Shown piece by piece: positions 26,846 to 38,829 of a stretch of DNA of 64,000 nt (position 1 is its first letter; every line of letters begins with the position of its first letter). A program made the position numbers and the translations under genes. The DNA comes from Octopus vulgaris. Taxonomy: Eukaryota. The DNA lies in the NCBI GenBank assembly GCA_951406725.2, contig OX597827.1, positions 52,638,001 to 52,702,000 of the forward strand, read 5' to 3'. A model generated the notes under the pieces. It saw only the letters and a program-made list of their open reading frames with translations. It searched no databases and was not told the DNA's origin.

Positions 26846-27985
26846 ACCAAAGCTTCAGATCTATTAGGAGAAGGTAAATAAAATTGTAATTTCATTCTGC
26901 ACTCAAAACAGAATGAAAACGCCTATAATATTGATACAAATCTTAGTTATAATAGCAATTAGAGGTAGTATAATATTTCACTTTCGTTTCTTAGCCAAAA
27001 ATAGCTGATTCCAGCAATAGACATTACACACAATTTAAAAGAAAAATGCAATGGTCCTTGATAGCAATTTGATGAGATATTCTGCTTATGAAACACCTAT
27101 GATTTTATTTACCATGAGATTTAAACATTTAAATAATGTTGTAAATCTCTGAATTTGAAATTATCTCATTTTTCATAGAACTAGTCCAATTTCTGATAAA
27201 TTTCTAAATGCATAAAAAAAGAAAAGCACAAGAAGCTATTTCCCAAACCTAATATATATATATATATATATTTATACTAGATGGGTTTTTTTTTTCTAGC
27301 TAATCTAGCCTTGTATTTTCATGACCTATATCTGATACACACCAAAGAATTTGCATCAAATTATTATGTTGTAAAACTTAAACAAAATGTTGTCTCATCA
27401 TTATCTGATGCAATCAATATATAGATGGAACTAGTCTCAAAATGGGATATTTTTTTCAACAAAGTCAATAGGTATGCACTGAGGTGTTTCTTACTTGTTT
27501 TTCACCTGTTAATGAGGTGTTTTTAGAGAATGTTCTCTAAAATCTTTTCTTGCTTGTTTTGGATAAAAATCAATGATTCTAATGAATAGAATCATCTACC
27601 TGCATTCAGAAGTCATGAATGCACTGAAGTAGAATGAAAACTCACATAACACAATCTCAGCCATAATAGTAATAGGAGTAGTAATAACATTTCATTCTTT
27701 TTTCTCTTAGCTGATTCTTATAGTACACATAGCATGCAAAGGCATTCACCATATTTATCTAAGAAAGCATCTGTACTGATTAAAATCATACCCATAAAAA
27801 AAAAAAAAAAATCATCAGTGTTAAGTGATAATTCTTGCCAGAGGCAAAGGAGACAGCATTGAAATTCTAATTGAGTAGAAATTGAATGAGGGAATGCAGA
27901 GGAAAATATAACTCTTGGTGGCAACTCTGGATATATTTTAAACATACCCGACTACCTCAATGAAGAATTGATTTACTTGTACCAT

Positions 27986-28265
27986 GCTCTTAATCACTAC
28001 GCCATATGCACACAGGCATATTGTGTAGTGGTTAAGAGCGCAGGCTACTAACCCCAAGATTCCGAGTTCGATTCCAGACAGTGACCTGAATAATAATAAT
28101 AATAACATTGTAAAATACCTTAGTATGAGAATCCAGGTTTGAAATTTCCCCAAGACACCTGACGAAGGCTGGAGGGTATATCAGCCGAAACGTGTTAACA
28201 ACAAACAACATGAGGACAAATGTAAATAATGTACATAATCCCTCATCTCTTAAATATAGAACTGT
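27986..28265 (+). mobile_element. tRNA-headed retroposon carrying a hammerhead-like motif, with 5' inverted duplication
   Basis: A-box-like TGTAGTGG and B-box GAGTTCGATTCC (28016-28085). GACAC CTGACGA A GGCTG..CAGCC GAAA C GTGTT at 28154-28196. 24-nt inverted repeat at 27986-28009 / 28016-28039. Confidence 0.6.
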
Positions 28266-28299
28266 ATATAAATTTTTAGTGAAAAACATTCATTGATTA

Positions 28300-28810
28300 C
28301 TTCATGCTCTTGCTTGATGAGGCTAGGGTCATCCCAGATTAGTGGTCCTATGCTTAGAGCAGATCAGGTCCACCAGAGCTCCTCATCACTGGCAGTATTT
28401 TACCAGCCCCTCTGCATCCTCCAAGATGATGTCAAACATCTGGAGATCTTCCTTAATCACCTCCAGCCATGGGGGTTCTTCCAGCTCACGGCAGCTGTGT
28501 TGAATGAGAGTAAAGCCCTGGTAGGATGATCTAGAGGAAGGCAGAAGATATGTCCATACCAGAAGATGGCTATGAGGTGGGAGGCTGTGGGCTGAAAAGT
28601 GCATGCAGAGCTGTTTATTGGCAACATGACGGTACCATCTGATGTTCTTGATGGTTCTCAGGGCTCTGCTAATAAAGAAGTCATTCCTCAACGTCAGGGT
28701 CTTTGTGAGGGATCATGTTTCTGCTCCAGAGAGCAATTTGAAATGGTGACATGGAGAACATTTTTCATGAATGCCTTGTGTATGAAGATCATATACTTAA
28801 AAGTGGGGTG
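28300..28810 (-). mobile_element. RTE-like LINE C-terminal fragment
   Basis: IRWYRHV and PWLEVIKEDLQ in ORF 28386-28691. Confidence 0.5.
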
Positions 28811-31101
28811 AGGGGCTAACATATTTAATGTAAGGAGTACCAAGAAAGGTTTGATTAATTAAAATTACTCACATAATGAAAATAAAAATGATTAGTACAA
28901 GTAATTCTTGTCAAAATTTATGATTATAAATGGCAAATAATGGAATAATGAGGAAATAAAGAAAATATGAAAACACAGGGAAAGTAAATTATGATTTCTT
29001 TTCCAGAAATGAATCCCTTTTTTAAATGAATTGACCTCTTGTGTACTGTACATATAACACTTGGCAGAAAAGTATGTAGGGAAATGGAATAACTAAGTGG
29101 TAGAGCAATGAACTCTAAGTTGTATACAGATTGATAATTTAAAATGCCAAGATGCAATTAATTTGAACAGATATCTAGGAGTGGGGGTCAGTGGATTAAA
29201 CAGATTACATAAGTTAATTTACTTCCTCTTGGTTCAGAGCTCAAATTAACATTACTCAAAATATAGCTCAGAGCTCTCAAGTACACACAAGAAATGAACA
29301 AGTGTGCTACTAAAAATAGCTGTAGCACTATCTTGAAGAATTGGTGAATTTTTACTATTACATCCGTCTCACTTTGAAGATGAAACGTATGTCATTCCTA
29401 CATTTTCAATGAGTCTAACCATCAAAATTGTCAGAAATTACTTGTTCTTTAAATGAACCCTTCTCTGAAACTGACAGCCAGCATGAGGGAACCACTATAT
29501 GAAGTATCTTGATCTGTCAAAATTAGCAGATGAACTGTTCCCCACTAGAAAAGTGTCTTTGTGTGCAGATATGCAAACTGATTACATTGAATAACCTGAA
29601 TACTGGAAAAACTTCATGTCAGATGCACATTTTCAGTTATTACTGCTGCATTGTTGATTTCTAAGAGATTTATGGTGAAAGCCTTGACTTTCTGTGTTTT
29701 CAGTGTTCTACTGAAAGTAGACATCTAACCCTATTACAAAACAGAGTGTACATATTAAGAAGAAAAGTTATGGCATTGCAAGAAATGTTATGTTGTGTTG
29801 AAAACCAAGAAAAGATGTTACTTTGACTATTCTGTTTCAGACTTTAAAGGTTCTTTTCTGACAACAATAATATTCCTGTAGAAAATTATCCTTTTTGAGA
29901 ATCATGTATTTTTAGCTGTTTATGAGATCACAGTACTGTGATGGGAGTACCTAAACCTGCCTGCAAAATTGTCTGTGGATTGGTGTTCATTTTGTTGCCA
30001 AGTTACAGATGCCTGGTTTTCTAACCAGGAATCAACTGGTAGAGAAGGGTTTGAGGAGAAAATTGATGAAAGTTTTATTGTTCAAGGCAAGTATGAAAGA
30101 GGTTGGGTTCTCTGCCAGATTTGCTTGTTTGATAGGATTGAATGGGTGACCAAACAATGTTTCAGTATGACATTAACAGGCTCCAGTAGTGAGAAATGCA
30201 ACAAAGCAACATTCGTTCCTCTCATTGGTGCACTCTTCTCTTAATGGTACACAATCTTCTGCTTTGTAAACACTACTGAAATGATTCTTGCCAGTGCAGA
30301 TCTCCACAAGTTCCTTTTCACAAGACTCTAGAGTTTTCTTATATAATAATATTGACAGGTAAATGCTCCTCACTCACAAATGCCTACTCAAACACACTAC
30401 AGCAAGACTTTCAAGTGATTTTAAATAAATCATGACACATTTCTAGTACTATAAAGTTTAATTATTGAAGAACTGGGTCGAAAGAAAAAAGTTATATTTG
30501 AAATTAATAATAAGAATCAAGAAATAATCTGTTGAAGGTCAAATTGTAATAATACATAAAGAAGTAGAAACAAATTTTCCATGAATAAAATAATGCATAA
30601 TAAAAGTTGGACAATATATAAAACTATTCAAAGTGGTTAGAATTAAGCTGAATTTCAGCTAATGATGTTAATGACAATCTTGTAAACATTTATTTAGTAA
30701 GTGACTTATAGTATTATTTTTTGTGGTGATGGTAGTGGTGAAGGTGTTAAATAAATAACGAGGAGAGAGAAGACTGTAAAGGGTCAGGTTTTCGGCTGAT
30801 GAAAGACTGACAACAAGGCCATTTGGTAAATAAAGGTGCAGGAAGATATAAATGGTAGTACAAGTTGAAGTGGGAGAACTGAGAAAAGTTATGATATAAC
30901 ACATACTTGTTTTGTTGATAGAGGGGGAGGGTGGGAAGAAAGAAATGCAAGGAAAGATAAGAGTGTGAAAAAGCATGTCTGCGACAAAGGAGATGACTGT
31001 GAAATATTCAACAATGAATTTGAATAAGAAAAGGATAAAAAAGGCCAAGACGTGGGAATTCCAGCATCATCCAGAGAAACCCAGACATTTTAGATAGGCT
31101 A

Positions 31102-31164
31102 AAACTCTGAAACGTTCACACTAAACTTGGAAACATTCACACTAGACTCGGGAACATTCACACT
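31102..31164. repeat. 21-bp x3 tandem repeat
   Basis: AAACTCTGAAACGTTCACACT / AAACTTGGAAACATTCACACT / AGACTCGGGAACATTCACACT. Confidence 0.9.
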
Positions 31165-31247
31165 TTCTCATTTTGTACCCAAACCGTTGCTCTGAAAAGA
31201 AACAATTTTTCCCAGCTTTGTTGACCAATAGAAATGATTTCACTTAC

Positions 31248-31431
31248 CTTTTCTTCTTTTTGACTAAATGACATGTTGTCAACATTATCAAACTCCCTTT
31301 TTTTCATGGCGGCTGTTCCGCCTCCTCCTGATTTAGCATCAAGAGATTTATTGGGATGGTGTCGATATATTTTATTGATAGATGCCTTGTTGGATGGTTC
31401 CGAAGATGTCATCTGTCTAAATTCATTCCCC
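31248..31431 (-). CDS. Internal coding exon (184 nt): GNEFRQMTSSEPSNKASINKIYRHHPNKSLDAKSGGGGTAAMKKREFDNVDNMSFSQKEEK
   Basis: Acceptor TTCTTCTTCTCTAG|G and consensus donor AAG|GTAAGT bound an open frame with raised GC; phase 2 in, phase 0 out. Confidence 0.8.
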
Positions 31432-31795
31432 CTAGAGAAGAAGAAAGAAATAGAGTAATTAGTATCATGAAATCTTATCAAATATTTTATCTTATTTTTT
31501 AAAAATCACTAGAGGGAAGGGGACAGAATGAGAGAGAGTGTTAAATAACTATTTCTAAGCAGAAATAATTATAGGCATAGCTGTGTGATGGAGAATGTCA
31601 TTTAAGAACCAGATGGTTCTGGATTTGATCCCAGTAAGCAGTACTTACAGCAAGCGGTGCATCTACTATAGCATTGGGTTGATCAGTCATGTGAGGAATT
31701 TGGTGCACAGAAACTAGAGAAACCCTTCATATTCATACATACATATATGAAAATGAGATGACAAAGGAATAAACAATTATCTTATGAACTTCATT

Positions 31796-31877
31796 AGCTT
31801 ACAGCTGTTTCTGCTATAAGACACAGTGTAGTGGACTGATAGGTGAGTGCCTGAGGAATATTAACTTTATCAGAGCC
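31796..31877 (-). ncRNA. Hammerhead ribozyme motif, degenerate (G8>A)
   Basis: Minus: GGCT CTGATAA A GTTA...TAGC A GAAA CAGCTG TA AGCT. Confidence 0.6.
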
Positions 31878-32580
31878 TTGAATATGAAGTGCAACTGAAG
31901 TGCACCAGGATATGACTCTCACAATGCCTAAGCAAAATATATACATATATGTGTATGCCTGTGTGGATAACCTGGTGAAGGATGCACCACACAAAATATA
32001 TTGTGCTATTTAGTCCACTGAATCTCTTAGGTGTATATATTGCTATTCAATAAATAGACATTGACAAATTATGTACTAGATAAAATACTGGGACCCATAG
32101 AATCAAATAGAAACCCTAAAATATGGCTGCAAGTAAATTGTTTTTGGGGTCCAATTAAAAAATGTTTGTTAAATGATGCTGATGATGTCGCTAATTGTAC
32201 GCATTTGGAATTCTTGGAAATATTTTACTTAATGTCTTTCTCAATCCTAGGTATGAACAGATTGGTTAGATGGTAATGTATTGGAGTAAACTAAAGGTTG
32301 TGAGTTCAAAATTACAGTAAGAGTTTTCTTTGAGAGACAGTATTCTATATTGCCTAAAAAGAATTAGGTGCCAGATCATCCAGGAACCATGAATGAAGAC
32401 TGGTAAACTATCCAGACAAAAATTTCTCACATTTGAAACTAGAGTAAAACACCATTGGCTTTAGCGGTAATTTACTTTACATACTGTACTGTAAAGTTAC
32501 TATTTTTCTCTATTAATTATATATATATATACATAAAACTTTGACAGAAAGAAAACGGAACTCATGAGATGCTTTATTAT

Positions 32581-32683
32581 TCACTACAATCATTTTGATC
32601 TATTATGCACCAGTGCCTTGTGGCTGAGATGTTGTACAAACAATTGTGTTGCATTGTAGGTGTGGACGTATCTCACCAGGTGA
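32581..32683 (-). ncRNA. Hammerhead ribozyme motif, decayed
   Basis: Minus: TCAC CTGGTGA GAT...ATC AAAA TGATTG TA GTGA. Stem I is perfect; AAAA and TGATTG are the CpG-deamination products expected from (C)GAAA and CGATCG. Confidence 0.55.
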
Positions 32684-33240
32684 CTTGTCAAAAGGTACCT
32701 CATTTTTAAATCTTCATTTTGCTAATGTTCATGACATCAGGTGACTGAATACTGTTAACAGGGTTTTAAATGGTATACTACAAGGTGTATACTTGAATAT
32801 GAAATTATTGCATGCATGCATACATACATCACTACCAGCTCTGATACTTTTAGGCACAAATTTATGTACATTAAACATCCAATCATTAACCACTGTATCA
32901 ATACTTATTTTTATTACTACAATTGTAAACTGTTTTGTATATAAGCCTGTACGTAGATAGAGATTCAAACTATCCTACTGTTTCATAACACCTGATTTCT
33001 GTTGGATACAGTTATAATATAAATCCAGATATAAGATCGAGATTAACATTAGAGTAATCCAACATTAAAATAAACGTAAACATTAGCTTTACCAAATTAC
33101 AAAGTTATTTACAAAAGTTGGTAATTAAGTAGAAAATAGTTTGCCAAACAAATTTTGAGAGCTATAATATTAGAATGGCTGTTCTAAATATTTTAATTTA
33201 TAATCTTGTGTCAATCTGAGAAATTAATATCTACATCATA

Positions 33241-33612
33241 GGCGCAGGAGTGGCTGTGTGGTAAGTATCTTGCTAACGAACCACACGGTTGCGGGTTCAG
33301 TCCCACTGCGTGGCATCTTGGGCAAGTGTCTTCTGCTATAGCCCCGGGCCGACCAATGCCTTGTGAGTGGATTTGGTAGACGGAAACTGAAAGAAGCCTG
33401 TCGTATATATGTATATATATGTATATGTGTGTGTGTTTGTGTGTCTGTGTTTGTCCCCCTAGCATTGCTTGACAACCGATGCTGGTGTGTTTAGGTCCCC
33501 GTCACTTAGCGGTTCGGCAAAAAGAGACCGATAGAATAAGTACTAAAAGGTGGTGCTCCAGCATGGCCGCAGTCAAATGACTGAAACAAGTAAAAGAGTA
33601 AAAGAGTAAGAG
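33241..33612 (+). mobile_element. SINE family B, young copy
   Basis: GGCGCAGGAGTGGCTGTGTGGTAAG...GGGTTCAGTCCC...GACTGAAACAAGTAAAAGAGTAAAAGAG. Confidence 0.9.
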
Positions 33613-33619
33613 TATCAAA

Positions 33620-34422
33620 ACAAATCAAATCAAATCAAATCAAAACAAATCAAAATAGATGAACATTAATGGAATTATATCTTTGTGGTACCAGTGCCGG
33701 TGGCACACAAGAAGACCATCCGAACGTGGCCGTAGCCAGTACCACACCGACTGGCCTCCGTGCTGTGGGCACGTAACAAACACCATCCGATCGTGGCCGT
33801 TCGCCAGCCTCATCTGGCACCTGTGTCGGTGGCACATAAAAACACCATCCGAAGACCCGGCAAGACTAGTCAGGCCATAACCTGTGGCCCCTACCTGGGA
33901 TGTAGTCAGTCCACCTGTGCATACCTTCCTTCTTGTGACACTTGTGAAGACCTGTTGAGGCAAGTGAAAATCAAAACAAATCAAAATAGATGAACATCAA
34001 TGGAATTTGTATCTTTGTGGTACCAGTGCCGGTGGCACGTGGCACACAAGAAAACCATCCGAACGTGGCCGTAGCCAGTACCGCATCGACTGGCCTCCAT
34101 GCTGTGGGCACGTAACAAACACCATCCGATCGTGGCCGTTTGCCAGCCTCATCTGGCACCTGTGTCGGTGGCACATAAAAACACCATCCGAGCGTGGCCG
34201 TCTGCCAGCGTCTGGCACCTGTGTCTGGCACCTGTGTCGGTGGCACATAAAATCACCCACTACACTCTCGGAGTGGTTGGCATTAGGAAGGGCATCCAGC
34301 TGTAGAAACACTGCCAGATCTGACTGGACTGGTGCAGCTTTCGGGCTCCCCAGACCCCAGTTGAACCGTCCAACCCATGCTAGCATGGAAAGCGGACGTT
34401 AAATGATGATGATGATGATGAT
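33620..34422 (+). mobile_element. Young RTE-family 3' UTR copy with internal duplication and ~60-nt subrepeats
   Basis: CpG-rich; same 3' terminus as the 24185 and 50925 copies; 33637-33852 is repeated at 33968-34190. Confidence 0.7.
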
Positions 34423-36198
34423 TTTATAGGCAAGAACCAGAGTATGTTCCTAGCACATTCATTGGTAGCCCGGTTGTAATTTTTTATTCTTAAAAATGTA
34501 TCTTGTTTGAGAAGAAAGGACAGCACTTGTGACCTTTACAATTTTATAGACCTGTCATTGTTATGAAAGATCATCAAAGACGATGAAGCCCAGCATTTGT
34601 AAAAGTTTGAGTCTTGTATGCTGTTTATGAGTAAGAAAAGTATAACACTGTTTCCATTGCATACATGTAGTGATTGCATCTTGGTGCTGCAAAAGAGGAG
34701 GAAGTAGTTCATAACAAACGTGTAATCCTTCCATATTTTGACAACTGTAAAATGCTCAAAGAATACTTCTGCAGCATTGCTTGGATATTTGTTCTGGAAA
34801 TCTGTAACTCTAAAATAAATTGATTCAAAGATTCAGTTGCCAGCCTCTTTTGATGACCATGCACCAAATGCTTCTTATTTACTTTGAATTAAATTATGCC
34901 AGGGTTTTCACTGACCAAGATTGATTATGCCTTTGTCCATGCATGTGTAGGCCTGGGCAAGAATTGAAGAAGACTGCAAGTTGCCTATGCATGCAAGCAA
35001 GTCTCCCATCTCCCCGATACTAAGTCACCAACTTAGGCCAATTTACAACTAGTCATAACTGTCATTGCAAGCATCAATTATAGTCAGAATGCAAAGAACC
35101 AGAACAGCTATCACAAAGCATCTTGCCTGACCCACCAATAGTTCTGGATTGATGGAACTATTCTTAAATATAAAGTATACAAACTCTGAGTATAATTCAA
35201 ACTGGCCAATCTACTGCAGTCTCTATGCAAATAGAGAGTTTTGTAGGGTTAAGAATAAGTTATTAAATATTCAAGGAACACGTGAATGTTTAATATATAT
35301 TCACAGAATTATTATAATCTTTCAGGAGTCGGTATTTTTGAATACTGCTTTTCTAAAGCGGATCAATGGTACACAAATTATCAATCTAAAACCTGTTGGT
35401 GGTAACCTATTAACTCAGTTTTCAGAAGATATAAACCTGTCAGTTTATTATTGGCACACTATTTTATTAATCTCAGAAGAGTGAAAGAAAAAGTTAAACA
35501 TGGTAAGATATGGATTCAGATCACTAAGCTGCTGAGCAGCTTGCAGATTTATAAAGTCTAGATGAATAGTCTGCCATTAGAACATAATCCAACTTGTAAA
35601 GTCTGACCAAATTTTACTCCAGGCTGGGCATCATAAGGAAATGAATACGTAGATACAGCAATTTAGATACTTAAATTTGTCTGCTGCAAGTCAAGTAGCT
35701 TACATACCAGCTTCTTCTTTACTTCATCTAATCATAAGTAGTTCATTTGTATGTTATTAAATCTAACCATGAACAACAAGCCTGGAGATTTCCACAGAAT
35801 TTTCTTAATTTGTTTTGGACTATTTATAGAAGGTATAAAGGAAATAAGGTAGCAAATAAAAAAAATAATAAAAAAAAGCGAAGGCATGGCAGATATTATT
35901 TGGTAGACTTGCAAGAATAAAATTAAACAAATTATTTTTCCTTATTTTTGAATATTTGTTTTGAGAAATTTTAATTTCCTCACAAAGAATTTCTCAATCC
36001 ATTTGATGTAATTTATTAAATTATATGAAGTTATATAAAAATATCTTAAAACAAAATTAGGGGAAAAAAAGAGAAAGTTCTTGGCAATTAATAATAATCA
36101 TTCGTAACCTGTTTAAAACAACTCAGTTGATGCCAAGAAAATTAGATACATATGTATATACAAGCAAATACACATGCATAGAGAGAGACTTTGACATA

Positions 36199-37460
36199 TC
36201 AGGTCATTAAGAATGAAATATCCGATTTTGAAGTGAAAGTTTATTTTACTCTATCTCAACAAAAAGCAATGCAGTTAACCAAAGTATGCACCTAAATTAT
36301 CAACACAACTTTGCCATTTTATTGGAAGCTTATTTATGCTGGCAGCGAAGAATTCTGGAGAGCAAGAGGTGATGAAATCATGAAAGGCTGTTTTTTCATC
36401 TTCTTCGGATTTGAAGTTTATTCCTTGCAAAAAGTTGTCTAATGCCTGGAAAATGTTATAGTCAGTTGGTGCAAAGTCTGGTGAATATGGTGGATGACAG
36501 AGTACTTTCAAGTTCAGTTCCTGTAACTTGAGTAGTTATCTTTGTGCAACATGTGGTTGAGCATTGTCTTGCAAGAGAATTGGCCCATCTCTATTGACCA
36601 ATCTTGGTTGTTTAATTGCAAGCTCACTCATCATTTCATCCATCTGGTTGATGTATACATCTGCTGTAATTGACTTACCAAGTCTCATGAAGCTGTAATG
36701 GATGACACCAGCGCTGGACCACCAAACAGACACCATTGGCTTTTTTTGGTGAATATTCTTTTTTTTGGATTGTGTTTTGGCACTCCGTTTCTATCCAACC
36801 ACCATGCAGAACACTTGCTATTGTTGAAAAAAATCCATTTTTCATCACACGTAACAATATGATGCAAAAATGGTTTGTTTTTATGCTGTGACAGCAAAGA
36901 ACAGCAAGTTTCAAGACGATGTGTCATTTGATGCTTGTTCAATTCATGTGGTACCCACCTGTCCAGCTTCTTTACCATACCAATTTGTTTCAGATGGTCC
37001 AATAGAGCTGGAATCAAAACATCAAAGTGTAGTTTGAGATGTATCTGTTTCCACTAGTTTCCAGCTCACCATTATCCACTTTAGTCTCAGGTCTACCACA
37101 GGGCTGATTTTTAAGAGTAAAGTCACCAGACAGGAACTTCTCAAACCATCGATGTGTGCTCATTCACCACATCTTTATCAAACACCTCATTGATGTTTTG
37201 AGCTGTCTCGGATGCATTGGTTCTATGATGGAACTCATATTCATAAACAACACGAATTTTTTATCTATCCATGGGTTCACAAAAACTGATTTACAAGAGA
37301 AAACTCACAATATAATCAGACACCATAATTGTGTTTTGAAAAGTGATGATGTAACTCTTCAATGTTGTAAAACAAAGAATTGTCAGAATAAAACATTAGA
37401 GTTACCGACTGTCAAACTTGGTGCATAAGAAAATTGGACATTTCATCCTTAATGACCTGA
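36199..37460 (-). mobile_element. Full-length, frameshifted mariner (DD34D) DNA transposon
   Basis: About 31-bp TIRs (TCAGGTCATTAAGAATGAAATATCCGATTTT / AAAATTGGACATTTCATCCTTAATGACCTGA) flanked by TA on both sides; 1262 bp. Motifs WVPHEL, IVTCDEKW, LLQDNAQPH and HPPYSPDFAPTDY are spread over three ORFs. Confidence 0.95.
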
Positions 37461-38829
37461 TAGTATTCTATGTATTTATCAATGACATTTTAAAATTATA
37501 AAAATATATTTTGTAATTTTCTCTTGAATGAGCATTTTAAAAGAACAGCTATTGTTTTACGGGAGCAAGAAAGAGTCATAATTAGCTGCTAAAAGTGTAC
37601 TGAAGGAGTGGAATTATAAGTTGTTAAATTAAGTGTTATATAACAACACAGCAGCTGCAGCAGTGGTGGTACTTGTATGGAATGAGGTCAGTTTGAGATG
37701 GCTATCTTTACACAAGATTTTATTGTATTTTCTACAGAATAGGATGTTTAACGACTAAATGGGAAGAAATATATTTAGTTATTTGTTAGAATGGATTTAT
37801 TTAGAACAGATTTATTTTTCATCTTTTACTTGTTTCAGTTAATTGGAATGTGGCCATGCTGGAGCACCATCATGAAGGGTTCAGTCAAACAAATTGGCTC
37901 CAGGATTTATATTTCAAGTTTGTTTTACAGATATTAAAATTGGAGTTAACTTAGACTTTTAAGCATACTGAGTGGGAGTTTTGGTCTACTAAGAGCATGA
38001 ATAATCTCAGATAATTGAAGTTTCTCAAGTCATGTGGCCTGCTTCTCAAAAAAGCTTGCCCATAACTGGGGCAGAGCCTGGGAGGTTGGTGTTTTGTATC
38101 CTGTCACTGGACTGAGTTTGTGACCAAGTTATTCAACTATCAAATGGCTCAGTCCACCTAAATTACAATGTAGGAAGCACTGTGAAACTGATACACTACA
38201 TGAAGTTACACTATATAAAGACAGAATATTCAGTGGTAGACATGTTACACTGGGTTAAAGAATTCGTTGTTAATCATATTTTGAAATTACATTTTTATTT
38301 TTGTTTTCCTTCCTTAAGCTCTATACTTTGTCTTTCTGTCAGTAGATATCACCACCATTTATTTCACTACACCTATGGTTCCTAACTGAGGTCCAGATAT
38401 GATATACATATTTTCTTTCCTGTTTTTTTTGCGGGGGAGGGGAATACATACAAGCAAAATAGTAAATTGGAGACCCAAAGTAGTATTTTAAGGGCCCATG
38501 AAAAATTTTGATTTAAATGAAACAGCTAGGTTTCCTTCTCTAACATTTTACATAAGAATGAGTGAATAACAAAAGAGGAATTTTTTTAAACATTGAATGA
38601 CTATGGAGGTCCACCAGAATAAAATAGTTACCAAAGGGTCTATAGGTACAAAATGATTGAGAACCATTGCATTACACAATAATTTCCATAGACATTCTAT
38701 TTTGTTCATCATAACAGCTATAGGGATTAACATTCTAAGGTTTGATATAATCCCTACTTGTTTTTTTTTTTTTTCATCAGTACTGATATAGTTGTTTATT
38801 CCGTCTTGAATAAAAATCAGCTACTTTCC

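Noticed and set aside
28016-28088. Functional tRNA gene (apparent ACT anticodon)
   Set aside because: Acceptor and anticodon stems pair poorly, and it is embedded in a retroposon; treated as a SINE-type head.
33640-34402. Cluster of overlapping ORFs and CRISPR-like periodic repeats
   Set aside because: GC-rich LINE 3' UTR subrepeats with no unique spacers and no cas genes; the context is eukaryotic.
34440-35150. Possible DNA-transposon coding remnant on the minus strand
   Set aside because: Fragments such as AFYSCQN and ELLPPL are suggestive but not diagnostic without a search.
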